Assembly: GCA_003162695.1 (NCBI GenBank) | Contig: PMML01000112.1 | Location: forward strand, 1,073 to 65,072 | Reading direction: 5' to 3' | DNA length: 64,000 bases | Source: Ignavibacteriota bacterium | Lineage (GTDB): Bacteria > Bacteroidota > Ignavibacteria > UBA10030 | In this document: piece after piece, positions 26,494 to 36,813 of the stretch | Numbering within the stretch: the first letter of the stretch is position 1 | Layout: each line of letters begins with the position of its first letter | Position numbers and translations under genes: made by a program | The notes under the pieces: model-generated | Told to the model about the DNA's origin: nothing | The model's database searches: none | What the model saw: only the letters and a program-made list of their open reading frames with translations

Positions 26494-27011
26494 TAATCAT
26501 GAGCCCAATAATGGAAGAGAAAATTTTTAAATACAAATTGGATTTTTATTATCAGCAGTCGCTCATCTATTTGCTGACGCTGATACTGTATGCAGGGATC
26601 CGCGGAAGTTTTATCGAAGACCAGTTCAGCTTCGTCTTCAGGGATCCTATCGTATACATCATTATTTTATTTGTCGTGGTTTCCTTTGCGGTTCTGCTTC
26701 TCAACATCCGGCGGGACCGGAAGCTGATTGTTTTCACCGATCGCTTTGTTTTTTATTCGCGCTCGCGGCGGCGGGAATTCGCCGTCATAGATATAGAATG
26801 GATGCATATCGGCAAAGAACGTTCCGTGCAGACAGCAGGAAGATTCCAGCATATTTCGATAAAGCTGAAAAACCGTTCGCTGCCGATCCACATAAGGGTC
26901 GGGCGATATGAACGCGATCGGGAGCTCGTTGCAGAGATGGAACGGATTGCTCAAAAAGTGCCGGGAAGAAAACCCGGACGGTTTTCCCCCTTTTCAAACC
27001 GGAAAGAATAG
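26490..27011 (+). CDS. hypothetical 2-TM membrane protein with a PH-like soluble domain, embedded in the dcw operon
   Basis: The 173-aa ORF fills the murG-murC gap exactly. A TTG at 26490 overlaps the murG stop, an ATG lies at 26499, and the ORF ends 3 nt before murC. It has two hydrophobic helices ('LIYLLTLILYAGI', 'IVYIIILFVVVSFAVLLL') and then a beta-rich basic region ('KLIVFTDRFVFYSRSRRREFAVIDIEWMHIGK...ISIKLKNRSLPIHIRV'). Confidence 0.6.
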   Translation: MIIMSPIMEEKIFKYKLDFYYQQSLIYLLTLILYAGIRGSFIEDQFSFVFRDPIVYIIILFVVVSFAVLLLNIRRDRKLIVFTDRFVFYSRSRRREFAVIDIEWMHIGKERSVQTAGRFQHISIKLKNRSLPIHIRVGRYERDRELVAEMERIAQKVPGRKPGRFSPFSNRKE

Positions 27012-27014
27012 GAC

Positions 27015-28400
27015 ATGTTCAGATCAATTAAAAAATTACATTTTATCGGTATCGGCGGCATCGGAATGAGCGGTATTGCGGAAATTTTACTCGACCAGGG
27101 ATTTGCCGTCAGCGGATCCGACCGCTCGCTTTCGGAAGTGACGGAGAGGCTGCAGAAGCTCGGCGCTTCTATTTACGAAGGGCACCGGGCAGAGAATGTT
27201 GCAGCCGACGTGGACACAGTCGTCTATTCTTCCGCAGTGCAGTCCGAGAACCCGGAAGTGATGGAAGCCCAGCGCCGTAAAATTCCCGTTGTGCGCCGTG
27301 CAGAAATGCTTGCCGAAGTGATGCGTTTAAAATACGGCATCGGAATCGCCGGCACGCACGGCAAAACAACGACAACGTCGATGACCGGCCTTGTTCTGAT
27401 GGAGGGAGGTCTCGATCCAACGGTGATTGTGGGCGGAAAATTAAGCGGGCTTGGAGGCACGAACGCCCGACTCGGGCGGGGCGATTTTATCGTTGTAGAA
27501 GCGGACGAATACGATCGATCATTTCTTTCCATAACGCCAACCATTGCCGTGTTGACGACGCTTGAAACGGACCATCTGGACTGTTACCGCGACCTTGAAG
27601 ATATCAAAAGCGCATTCGTCCAGTTTGCACAGAAAGTTCCGTTTTACGGATTTATTGTTCTATGTCTCGATGAGCCGGCGCTGCTGGACATTATGCCGCT
27701 TCTGAATAAAAAGAAAATTACGACATACGGATTAAATCCTCAGGCCGATGTGCAGGCGGTGGATATCCGTCATGCAGAGAACCATTCGTTCTATACGCTG
27801 GTAAAGGACAGAGTCGAACTCGGAACGATAACGCTGCAGGTTCCGGGAAAACATAATGTTCAGAATTCGCTCGGCGCCATTGCGGTCGGCCTGGAAATCG
27901 GTATTCCGTTCGATAAAATAAAGGCAGGGATTGAAAAATTTTCCGGGGTTTATCGCCGCTGGGAGAAAAAGGGCGAGGTCTCTGGTATCACGATTTATGA
28001 TGATTATGCACATCATCCCACAGAGTGCAAAGCGACGCTTGCCGGCGTGAAAGCGGGATGGCGGCGGAGAGTGGTTTGCGTGTTTCAGCCGCATCTGTAT
28101 TCCCGTACGCGCGATTTTTATGAGGACTTCGGAAAATCGTTTCTGCTGGCCGATGTGCTTATCGTCACGGATGTTTATCCGGCGCGTGAAGAACCGATTC
28201 AGGGAATTACCGGAGAACTGATTGTCAATGCGGCAAAGCAATTCGGCCATAAAGAAGCGCATTATATTCAGGACAAAAAGAAAGTTCCGGCATTTCTGAA
28301 GTCGACAGTCAAACCGGGCGATATCGTCGTTACGATGGGTGCCGGCGATATCTGGAAGTACGGAGAAGAGTTTTTAAAAACGGTGAACTGTAAACTGTAA
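27015..28400 (+). CDS. murC: UDP-N-acetylmuramate--L-alanine ligase
   Basis: 'HFIGIGGIGMSGIAEIL', 'GIAGTHGKTTTTSM' and 'DDYAHHPTE' are present. Confidence 0.95.
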   Translation: MFRSIKKLHFIGIGGIGMSGIAEILLDQGFAVSGSDRSLSEVTERLQKLGASIYEGHRAENVAADVDTVVYSSAVQSENPEVMEAQRRKIPVVRRAEMLAEVMRLKYGIGIAGTHGKTTTTSMTGLVLMEGGLDPTVIVGGKLSGLGGTNARLGRGDFIVVEADEYDRSFLSITPTIAVLTTLETDHLDCYRDLEDIKSAFVQFAQKVPFYGFIVLCLDEPALLDIMPLLNKKKITTYGLNPQADVQAVDIRHAENHSFYTLVKDRVELGTITLQVPGKHNVQNSLGAIAVGLEIGIPFDKIKAGIEKFSGVYRRWEKKGEVSGITIYDDYAHHPTECKATLAGVKAGWRRRVVCVFQPHLYSRTRDFYEDFGKSFLLADVLIVTDVYPAREEPIQGITGELIVNAAKQFGHKEAHYIQDKKKVPAFLKSTVKPGDIVVTMGAGDIWKYGEEFLKTVNCKL

Positions 28401-28495
28401 ATGGCAAATAATAGAGAATATAAAATAAAGGACATAGAAGCCGGAATCCATTATTCCATTCTGTCTTCTGAATTCTTAATTCTTAATTCTGAAAT

Positions 28496-29410
28496 ATGAT
28501 TTCAATTTCCGACATACAAATAAATCTCCGCGGAACCATCGCTGTCGATGAGCCTATGGCAAAGTATACGTGGATGAAGGTGGGAGGACCGGCGGATTTC
28601 TATATCGAACCGGCCGATAAGGACGATCTTCTTGCCATCGTTCGCTACTTCCGCCAACAGCGTTTTCCATGGATGATGATCGGACGAGGAAGCAATATTC
28701 TGGTCAGCGATGAAGGAATCCGCGGCGCAGTGCTGAATGTCGAATCTGCTCTTTCGTCCCTCAGTCAGTCAGGCGGCAGCATCATCGCAGAATCGGGAGT
28801 TCGACTGACAAAGTTTGTGGATTTTTGCATTCAGCATGGGTATGCCGGTTCGGAGATGCTTGCCGGAATTCCTGGAACTGTAGGCGGCGCGGTAGTTATG
28901 AACGCCGGTGCGCACGGAGGAGAGATAAGCGATCATCTTCTCGCAATCGAAGTACTCCGTGAAGGTGTTGTCGAAGTTGTAAGAAAGGAAGAGGCGGGTT
29001 TTTATTACCGCAGTTCCGCTCTTGCAAGCGATATCGTCCTGGCGGCGACGTTCGGATTTCCGCACGGTGAAAAAGAAGAATTGTCGAAGAAGCGGCGCGA
29101 ATTGATCATGAAGCGCAACGATTCACAGCCTCTGGATCTTCCGAATCTTGGAAGTATGTTTAAAAACCCGAAAAATGCGCATGCGGCTCAATTAATCGAA
29201 CAGGCCGGACTGAAAGGCAAACGCATAGGCGATGCGCAGGTTTCAGAAAAACATGCAAATTTTATAGTGAATCTCGGATCGGCGAAAGCGGACGATGTTG
29301 TAAAGCTCATCGAACTCGTCAAGCGCACCGTATATCAGCATTTCGGCCTTATGCTCGATCTGGAGGTTAAGCTTGTAGGTTTTCCGCTTGAGCGGCAGGT
29401 AGCGGCATGA
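28496..29410 (+). CDS. murB: UDP-N-acetylenolpyruvoylglucosamine reductase
   Basis: An FAD-binding 'GGPADFY...IGRGSNILVSDEG' is present, with 'GIPGTVGGAVVMNAGAHG' and 'GSMFKNP'. Confidence 0.9.
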   Translation: MISISDIQINLRGTIAVDEPMAKYTWMKVGGPADFYIEPADKDDLLAIVRYFRQQRFPWMMIGRGSNILVSDEGIRGAVLNVESALSSLSQSGGSIIAESGVRLTKFVDFCIQHGYAGSEMLAGIPGTVGGAVVMNAGAHGGEISDHLLAIEVLREGVVEVVRKEEAGFYYRSSALASDIVLAATFGFPHGEKEELSKKRRELIMKRNDSQPLDLPNLGSMFKNPKNAHAAQLIEQAGLKGKRIGDAQVSEKHANFIVNLGSAKADDVVKLIELVKRTVYQHFGLMLDLEVKLVGFPLERQVAA

Positions 29411-30156
29411 AAAATATGCGATCGAAAAAAATAATTCTGCTCTCTTTGCTCGCGCTCTCTCTTATGCTTGTCTTCGGAGCGAATGCATGGAAATCCAATT
29501 TGAAAGTCACACAGATCAAAGTGGAAGGCAACCTTATCGTCGGAACGAACGAAATCGTTCAATTGACACAGGTTCAACCCGGAACACTTCTGTATCAGGC
29601 GGACCTGACCGCAATTCAGCGCAATGTGACGAGTCATTATTATATTAAAGACGCAGTTGTGGAAAGAAATTTGCCGAATACGATTTCTGTCGATGTTTCC
29701 GAACGAGTTCCGATTGCCATTGTCAATCGTACAGAGACGCTCTATGTAGACGATGAAGGGGTCGTACTTCCCCGTAGCATCTCGAAAAAACTTTTCGATC
29801 TCCCGGTGATCAGCGGCATTCCGCCGGGCGAGGAGCTTGCACTCGGATCGACGATTCGAGATGCGCAAACACGCCAGGCGCTGCAAATGCTCATGACGAT
29901 GCGGAGCATCAATCATGAAATGTACTATAACATTTCCGAAATTCAGGTTCATACGGCAGGAGATATCGTGCTCTATGCCGTTGAAAACAGCGTACCGATC
30001 ATTTTCGGCATCGGAGATATTGCGGATAAGTTTGTGAAGCTCGAAGTGTTCTGGGCTGAATATATTAAAACGCGCGGCGCACGTGTATTGCAATACGTCG
30101 ATCTGCGGTATAAGGATCAAATTGTTGCAAAATGGAATCCTGAAGAAAAATCTTAA
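29407..30156 (+). CDS. ftsQ: cell division protein FtsQ (POTRA domain)
   Basis: It has an N-terminal TM and a POTRA-like 'IKVEGNLIVGTNEIVQL...LPNTISVDVSERVPIAIV'. It sits before ftsA and its start overlaps the murB stop. Confidence 0.75.
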   Translation: MKNMRSKKIILLSLLALSLMLVFGANAWKSNLKVTQIKVEGNLIVGTNEIVQLTQVQPGTLLYQADLTAIQRNVTSHYYIKDAVVERNLPNTISVDVSERVPIAIVNRTETLYVDDEGVVLPRSISKKLFDLPVISGIPPGEELALGSTIRDAQTRQALQMLMTMRSINHEMYYNISEIQVHTAGDIVLYAVENSVPIIFGIGDIADKFVKLEVFWAEYIKTRGARVLQYVDLRYKDQIVAKWNPEEKS

Positions 30157-30165
30157 CCTGATAGA

Positions 30166-31419
30166 ATGGAAAGAGAATCTATGGAACAAGAAATAGCGGT
30201 TGGCCTGGATATTGGAACGACGAAGGTCTGCGCCATTGTCGCTTCACCCGATGAAAATTATCCCGGGAAAATGAAAATATTGGGAATAGGGCGAAGCCCA
30301 TCGGACGGGTTGACGCGCGGTGTCGTGACGAACATTGAAAAGACCGTCCGATCGATTCAGATTGCCGTGCAGGATGCCGAACAGCAGTCTGGAGTCAAGA
30401 TCAATTCCGTCACCGTCGGTATCGCAGGCGACCATATTCAGAGTTTTCAAAGCCGCGGCGTCATCAGTATCAGCCGGCCCGAAAATGAAATCACGCAGGA
30501 AGATGTCGATCGATTGATTGAAGATACGAAGCGCGTTGCCTTGCCGCTGGATAGAAAAATTATTCACGTGATTCCGCAGCAGTATATCGTAGATGGTCAA
30601 GACGGCATTTACGATCCTGTCGGAATGTCCGGCGTCAGAATGGAAGCAGTTGTGCATATCATCACAGGTCTTGTTACGGCAGCCCAGAATATTTATAAAT
30701 GTGTTCAGCGGGCCGGACTGCATGTGAATGATATGGTGCTCGAACCGCTTGCATCGAGTTATGCCGTTCTGGAAGACGAAGAGAAAGAGATCGGTGTTGC
30801 TCTTCTCGATATCGGCGGAGGAACGACCGATCTTGCGGTTTTTGAAGAACGGACGATTCGTCATACAGCGGTGATCGGTATTGCAGGGAAAAAAGTTACG
30901 GACGATATTCGCAAAGGTTTCGGAATACTCACGGATCAGGCAGAAAAGGTCAAAGTCGATTACGGTTTTGCGTATGAACCGGCCATCGTGGACAATATGC
31001 CGATCATGCTCCCGGGAATAGGCGGTCGTGCTCCGATCGAAATCGATAAACAGCTGCTCTGCAAGGTCATTCAGCCGCGGATGGAGGAAATTTTGGAATG
31101 TGCAGCGATTGAAATCAAGCGCTCAGGATATTCAAAACATCTTTCTGCCGGAGTTGTCCTGACAGGCGGAGGTTCGCTGATCAAAGGAACCGCGGAACTC
31201 GCAAAAGAAGTGCTCGGCATGGGTGTTAAAATCGGCATCCCCGGGGGCTTCAGTTCCGGTCTTGTCCGTGAAATTGAAAATCCTATTTTTGCAACGGGTG
31301 TAGGTCTTGTGTTTCACGAATTGAGACATAAAGATCGATCGACGGTAAAGGCAGCCATTCAAGATGGAAAAGGAAAAACAATCTTCCGAAGAATGAGATC
31401 ATGGTTCGATGAACTATAA
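30166..31419 (+). CDS. ftsA: cell division protein FtsA
   Basis: The actin-fold motifs 'VGLDIGTTKVCAIV', 'LDIGGGTTDLAVF' and 'VVLTGGGSLI' are present. Confidence 0.95.
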   Translation: MERESMEQEIAVGLDIGTTKVCAIVASPDENYPGKMKILGIGRSPSDGLTRGVVTNIEKTVRSIQIAVQDAEQQSGVKINSVTVGIAGDHIQSFQSRGVISISRPENEITQEDVDRLIEDTKRVALPLDRKIIHVIPQQYIVDGQDGIYDPVGMSGVRMEAVVHIITGLVTAAQNIYKCVQRAGLHVNDMVLEPLASSYAVLEDEEKEIGVALLDIGGGTTDLAVFEERTIRHTAVIGIAGKKVTDDIRKGFGILTDQAEKVKVDYGFAYEPAIVDNMPIMLPGIGGRAPIEIDKQLLCKVIQPRMEEILECAAIEIKRSGYSKHLSAGVVLTGGGSLIKGTAELAKEVLGMGVKIGIPGGFSSGLVREIENPIFATGVGLVFHELRHKDRSTVKAAIQDGKGKTIFRRMRSWFDEL

Positions 31420-31603
31420 GTTAAGCAATTCGTCGTGCTTGGTTCTTAATGATGAAGTTAAAAGGAAATTATGGACTGCGCACCGCGAACAAAAGAGTTC
31501 GTTCATATTGAACGGCAGCGTGGCAAGACATTGAAATTGAATAGAGAAAACGATATAAAAATTAAAACCACATATAAACAAACTAATAAAAGGAGAATCT
31601 ACC

Positions 31604-32779
31604 GTGCCTATTGAATTAGATTTACCTGGAAGTCGTGGAGCAAAAATCCGTGTCGTCGGAGTCGGCGGCGGAGGCGGTAATGCAGTCAATAGTATGATTA
31701 ATAAGGGTCTTGCCGGTGTCGATTTCGTTGCAATCAACACCGATCTTCAGGCTCTTGAACGCAGCAAGGCGGCGCAAAAAATTCAAATCGGAAAAAGCCT
31801 GACCCGCGGCCTTGGTGCCGGTGCGGATCCCGGCATCGGGTTCCGTGCGGTGGAAGAAGATCGTGAAGAAATCGCTCAAGCGTTGAGCGGATGCGACATG
31901 GTTTTTGTGACCGCCGGAATGGGGGGCGGCACGGGAACGGGAGGCGCACCGCTGGTGGCAAGCATTGCAAAAAGCATCGGTGCACTTGTTGTCGGGATCG
32001 TGACCAAACCGTTCAACAGCGAAGGAAAAAAACGAGGCGGTCAGGCGGAAGACGGTATCGAGGAACTAAGAAAAAATGTCGATACGCTGATTTGCATTCC
32101 AAACCAGAAACTGCTCGATCTGATCGACCGGCGCACGCCGATTATGGAAGCATTCGAGCTTGCCAATCAGGTTCTGTACAATGCCACGCGCGGCATCTCC
32201 GAAGTCATTACGGTTCCCGGCTACATCAATGTAGATTTTGCAGATGTACGCACGATCATGCGGGAGATGGGAGATGCGTTGATGGGTAGCGGCGTTGCAA
32301 CAGGCGAAGATCGGGCAACGGAAGCAGCTCATCAGGCAATTTCAAGCCCGCTGCTCGAAGGCATTTCGATTGCCGGCGCGCAGGGTATATTAATCAATAT
32401 TACAGGCGGACCGACACTCAGTCTTATGGAAATCGACGAAGCAACAAAGGTCATTCATGAGGCAGCCGGCGAAGAAGCAAATGTTATTCTCGGAACAGTG
32501 ATAGACGAAAATATAACAGATGAAATGATCGTAACGGTTATTGCAACCGGTTTCAACAAACGGGCGGCAGCGTTACAGCGTCCGGCCAGACCGATTGCAA
32601 GACTGATTGATCATGTTCCGACCGGACTGACGGAGTTGTCAAGATACGACACGCCGACCTATGCACGCCGCGGCGTAGAGCTGCCGAGTACAGCTCAAAG
32701 AGAATTCGGACAGTCCAAAGAAAAGATCGACAAGACCGATATCGAACGCCCGGCGTTCTTGCGTAAAATCATGGATTAA
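31604..32779 (+). CDS. ftsZ: cell division GTPase FtsZ
   Basis: '[16 protein letters not shown]', the tubulin signature '[16 protein letters not shown]' and the C-terminal peptide '[10 protein letters not shown]' are present. AAGGAG lies upstream of a GTG start. Confidence 0.97.
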   Translation: MPIELDLPGSRGAKIRVVGVGGGGGNAVNSMINKGLAGVDFVAINTDLQALERSKAAQKIQIGKSLTRGLGAGADPGIGFRAVEEDREEIAQALSGCDMVFVTAGMGGGTGTGGAPLVASIAKSIGALVVGIVTKPFNSEGKKRGGQAEDGIEELRKNVDTLICIPNQKLLDLIDRRTPIMEAFELANQVLYNATRGISEVITVPGYINVDFADVRTIMREMGDALMGSGVATGEDRATEAAHQAISSPLLEGISIAGAQGILINITGGPTLSLMEIDEATKVIHEAAGEEANVILGTVIDENITDEMIVTVIATGFNKRAAALQRPARPIARLIDHVPTGLTELSRYDTPTYARRGVELPSTAQREFGQSKEKIDKTDIERPAFLRKIMD

Positions 32780-33159
32780 TTCCGATCCAGAAGCGCAGCT
32801 TCGGAATAAGGAATTTTTTATTCAGCCGCGTGCGTGCCGGTTTTTGCCCCGGCGGCCGGGATACGCTATTGAGGGCGTTGTTTTCTGAAATTTCGTCTCT
32901 CCATGCACGGTGGGTATTCGAGACGAATATAAAAGCCCCTGCTTTTCCATGTCGTGATATGGGATTGCAGGGGATTTCTATGTATGAATACGGAAGACAG
33001 AATTCGGAAGAGAGAATCATGAAGATGAATGCTTTGATCTTTCTCTACGATAAATGATACTTCTGTCTTCTCTATTCTTTAAAAGTTTGCTTGTACAGCA
33101 TATTCTCTCTACATTTTTCTTGAAAGAGCGGTTTGTCATTATCATTTCACGAGGATTGT

Positions 33160-35334
33160 ATGAAAGCTCGATGGATATTGTTCAGCTGCGGCGGATGCTT
33201 CGTTATCCTGGCTCTCGGCGGTTGTTCTGCACGGGAGACGACTCGAACGGAATTGCCGGATTCGATGAAGTACGATACTGTAAGAGCGGGGCGGTTCGAT
33301 ACAGGAAAAATGTGGACATTCGATTTTCCGCCTGTGGAATATTTTGCGCAAACGTACAACTTTACACCCAGCAAGGAATGGTTTGACAAAGCGCGTTTGG
33401 CGGCGCTTCGCCTGCCGAATTGCAGCGCATCATTTGTTTCCGAAGATGGATTGGTGATGACAAACCACCATTGTGCACGAAGTTCTCTGGACAGCGTTAC
33501 ACATTCAGGGGAAAGGCTGGCAGAAGAAGGCTTTTATGCACAGACGCTTGCCGATGAGCGAAAAGTTCCCGGATTCTATATCGACCAATTGCGCGTTATC
33601 GAGGATGTGACCGCCGAGATTCAGGAGGCCTTCGACAAGGGAGCGACGGATAAAGAGAAAATTCAAAACCGCATCAATAAAATATCAGAAATTCAAAGAA
33701 CGGCCGTAAAGAATTATAAAGAAACCGCGCCGACTGATTCCATGGTTTTCAACATTATAGCATTTTACAACGGCGGCCGATATTCTCTCTATGGTTACAA
33801 GCGATATACCGAAATTAAAATCGTCTATGCCCCGGAGGAAATTGCCGCCTTCTTTGGAGGCGATCCGGATAATTTTACATACCCGCGGTATGATTTCGAT
33901 TGTGCTTTCTTCCGTATTTATGATCACGGTGTTCCTTTAAAAACATCCGATTTTTTTAAATTCAGTCCAGAGGGAGCAAAAGAGGGCGATGCGACGTTTG
34001 TAATCGGCAACCCGGGCAGTACGAGCCGCCTGGAAACAGTTGCGCAGCTCAAATACCTTCGCGATTATGCGTTTCCTATCGCCAAGGAATCATATGGAAG
34101 AGCCGGGACAGTGTATGCGCAGTACGTGGAACGGCATCCCGATTCAAAATTAAAATATCTGAATACGATTTTCGGTCTGGAGAATTCACGAAAGGCGTTG
34201 ACCGGATATCTGGACGGGCTGCTCGATCCGACCGTTATGGCAAAGAAGCGGGACTTTGAGAATACATTTAAAGCAGCCGTGAATGCGAATCCGGAATTGA
34301 AGCGAAGATATGGAGACCCGTGGACCGAAATAGAAAAACTTCAAAAGGAACTGAATACAATTTATCCGGATCAGGCTGCTTTGACTTTTCGCGGAAGGAC
34401 GAGGTCGCAATTTCTCTCTCTGTCTCAGGGGGTTGTCGATCACGCATTCACAATGAAAGGGGCAGCGAAGTTTATTCCGGACAGCTCTCAAGGAATACGC
34501 AGAGATTCGATGGAAGCGCTCTTCTATCCCGCTTCCTTTAATCCGGAACTCGAAAAAGAGATTCTTGTTTGCCAGCTCGAAATGATGGACCGTTTGTTCA
34601 ACGGAGAAAATAAAAGCTTTAAGAAGCTGCTCGCAGGGCGTTCGCCTCGGCAGGCGGCAGATGAACTGGCAGACGGTTCGGTTTTTTCTTCGAAGGAAAA
34701 ATTCAGTGCATTCATAGCTAAATCGCCGGCTGAAATTCTTGCATCCTCCGATCCGTTGATTGCATTTGCGGCGGCCGTGCACGATCGGAACATTGAATTG
34801 CGCAGTGAAGCAAGCGACATTCAGGACAAACTTCAATCTCAAATGGAAATGCTTGGTGAAGCGATGTACCGCATCTATGGAACCCAAATTCCTCCTGATG
34901 CGACATTTACGCTTCGCATCGCAGATGGAGTTGTGAAAGGATATGAATATAACGGAACACTGGCGCCTCCGATCACGACCTTCTATGGCCTCTACGACCG
35001 TTATTTTTCATTCGGCAGGAAGAGCCCCTGGAAATTTTCATCCCGCTGGGAGAATCCGCCGCCGGCATTTACAATGAGCACACCGATGGATTTCGTATCC
35101 ACGAACGACATTATAGGCGGCAATTCCGGCAGTCCGGTTGTGAATAAAGATTTACAGATTGTCGGATTGGTTTTCGACGGCAATATGGAAAGTCTTCCCG
35201 GCGATGTGATTTTTGATGAAACAAAAAATCGATCTATAGCAGTACATTCAGCCGGCCTCCTTGAAGGATTGGATAAAATCTATAAAGCGGAACGTCTTGT
35301 AAAAGAACTGCGCGCCGGTAAAATTTCTCAATAA
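33160..35334 (+). CDS. S46-family dipeptidyl-peptidase (DPP7/DPP11-like), lipoprotein
   Basis: The lipobox is 'FVILALGGCS'. 'NCSASFVSEDGLVMTNHHCA' carries the catalytic His and 'IGGNSGSPVVN' the catalytic Ser. I chose the internal ATG at 33160. Confidence 0.85.
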   Translation: MKARWILFSCGGCFVILALGGCSARETTRTELPDSMKYDTVRAGRFDTGKMWTFDFPPVEYFAQTYNFTPSKEWFDKARLAALRLPNCSASFVSEDGLVMTNHHCARSSLDSVTHSGERLAEEGFYAQTLADERKVPGFYIDQLRVIEDVTAEIQEAFDKGATDKEKIQNRINKISEIQRTAVKNYKETAPTDSMVFNIIAFYNGGRYSLYGYKRYTEIKIVYAPEEIAAFFGGDPDNFTYPRYDFDCAFFRIYDHGVPLKTSDFFKFSPEGAKEGDATFVIGNPGSTSRLETVAQLKYLRDYAFPIAKESYGRAGTVYAQYVERHPDSKLKYLNTIFGLENSRKALTGYLDGLLDPTVMAKKRDFENTFKAAVNANPELKRRYGDPWTEIEKLQKELNTIYPDQAALTFRGRTRSQFLSLSQGVVDHAFTMKGAAKFIPDSSQGIRRDSMEALFYPASFNPELEKEILVCQLEMMDRLFNGENKSFKKLLAGRSPRQAADELADGSVFSSKEKFSAFIAKSPAEILASSDPLIAFAAAVHDRNIELRSEASDIQDKLQSQMEMLGEAMYRIYGTQIPPDATFTLRIADGVVKGYEYNGTLAPPITTFYGLYDRYFSFGRKSPWKFSSRWENPPPAFTMSTPMDFVSTNDIIGGNSGSPVVNKDLQIVGLVFDGNMESLPGDVIFDETKNRSIAVHSAGLLEGLDKIYKAERLVKELRAGKISQ

Positions 35335-35461
35335 TCCCTGAACAAAAGAATAATCAAGACAGAAGTTAAAATTCAGGAATAAAATAAAACTCTCTATATT
35401 TTTTGTTATTCTGCTTCTCTCTCCTGACTTCCGGCTCCTGTCTTCTTACTTCTCCTGTTAT

Positions 35462-36412
35462 TCATCCTCTCGGATGAAATGTACGGTGTACTTCTTTAAG
35501 ATATTCCCTGTCGATGTGGGTATAGATTTGTGTCGTTGATATATCGGCATGGCCGAGCATTTCCTGAACGGCACGAAGATCGGCTCCGCCTTCGAGAAGA
35601 TGGGTTGCAAAGGAATGCCGGAATGTATGGGGATGAACGTCTTTTCCGATTCGGGCGGCTGTGCAGTAACGGTCGACGATTCTAAAAATCATCGAACGGG
35701 TCAGCTTCGTTCCCCGATTGTTCAAAAAAATATAGTCCTCAGATTTTCTTTTTGCCGCAAGATGAATGCGCTCCTGTTTGCGATATGCATCGATCCATTG
35801 CCGTGCTGAAGCTCCGATAGGAATCAGGCGTTCTTTGGATCCCTTGCCGAAGACCAAAACCAATCCTTCATCGAACATCAAATCAGCCTGTTTGAGGTTG
35901 ACCAGTTCGGAAACGCGCATGCCAGTCGCGTAAAGTGTTTCAAGAATTGCTCGATCTCGTATGCCTCGGGAAGAGGAAATATCCGGCTGCTTGAAAATTT
36001 CATCGATTTCTTGAACCGTCAGTACATCGGGAAGTGTTTTGGAGAGCTTGGGCGTATCGATGGACTCTGTCGGATCATCGGTCACTTCACCCTCGCCAAG
36101 CAGAAATCTATGAAATCCGCGAATTGTCGAGAGAATCCTGGAAATTGTCCTCGGGTTCAACTTTGCACGGTGAAGCTCTTCAAGAAATTCAATGATCAAC
36201 GTTCCGCTTACTGTTGCAGCGCTCTTTTGATTTTTTCGCAAGAGGAAGTCGGAATATTTCTGAAGATCGAATGAATAGGAGAGGAGAGTCTGGCGTGCGA
36301 CGTTTTTTTCCAGGCGGAGGAAGTTTTTAAATCGTTGAATCTGACTCTGGAGAGGAAGAAATGTTTCTGACCGGGAAGCGATGCCCCTTTTCTTATCTGA
36401 TGCAATGTTCAT
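35462..36412 (-). CDS. site-specific tyrosine recombinase, XerC/XerD family
   Basis: 'ATGMRVSEL', 'HPHTFRHSFATHLLEGGADLRAVQEMLGHADISTTQIYTH' and an N-terminal SAM-like core-binding domain are present. Confidence 0.85.
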   Translation of the reverse strand: MNIASDKKRGIASRSETFLPLQSQIQRFKNFLRLEKNVARQTLLSYSFDLQKYSDFLLRKNQKSAATVSGTLIIEFLEELHRAKLNPRTISRILSTIRGFHRFLLGEGEVTDDPTESIDTPKLSKTLPDVLTVQEIDEIFKQPDISSSRGIRDRAILETLYATGMRVSELVNLKQADLMFDEGLVLVFGKGSKERLIPIGASARQWIDAYRKQERIHLAAKRKSEDYIFLNNRGTKLTRSMIFRIVDRYCTAARIGKDVHPHTFRHSFATHLLEGGADLRAVQEMLGHADISTTQIYTHIDREYLKEVHRTFHPRG

Positions 36413-36462
36413 GCAATAACAGCGATGATTTTTTCTTCCTCCTTAAAAGAGAGACAGCCCTA

Positions 36463-36792
36463 TTATATTACAGCTTCTGCAAGGGAATCGTACAACTGAA
36501 ATGTGCGATCCAGGTGTGAAATTTTAATCAACGAAAGGATCTTTTTCTGTACGCCGACAAGTTTGACAACGCCGCCATGTTCCCGCATTTTGCGTTCTGC
36601 GATAAGCAGCGCGCCTAATCCGCTGCTGTCGCAAAAATCGACGGTTGAAAGGTCGACAATAAGCTCCTTGAGCTGCGCGGTACAAAGAACAAGAAATTCG
36701 CCCTTGAGATCCGGTGAAACGGCGGCATCCAGTTTTTTGTCGTGAATTTTCAAAATTGTTGCTTTGCCGTTTTTCTTTATATCAAAGCGCAT
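36463..36792 (-). CDS. STAS-domain anti-sigma-factor antagonist (SpoIIAA-like)
   Basis: The 109-aa product contains 'LIVDLSTVDFCDSSGLGALL', where the Ser lies in the DSSG motif. Confidence 0.8.
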   Translation of the reverse strand: MRFDIKKNGKATILKIHDKKLDAAVSPDLKGEFLVLCTAQLKELIVDLSTVDFCDSSGLGALLIAERKMREHGGVVKLVGVQKKILSLIKISHLDRTFQLYDSLAEAVI

Positions 36793-36813
36793 TGCGATAC
36801 TCCGTTGAACTTG

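Noticed and set aside
32769-33386. Small overlapping ORFs of 75-110 aa lie between ftsZ and the S46 peptidase gene.
   Set aside because: They overlap each other on both strands, have no motifs, and one is just the out-of-frame 5' region of the S46 gene. I treat the region as intergenic, and its inverted repeat is reported separately.
35462-36412. I considered the tyrosine recombinase as a marker of an integrated mobile element.
   Set aside because: Its sequence and length fit housekeeping XerC/XerD. No flanking direct repeats, tRNA target, excisionase or cargo genes are visible, and the neighbours are core genes (an S46 peptidase and a STAS protein).
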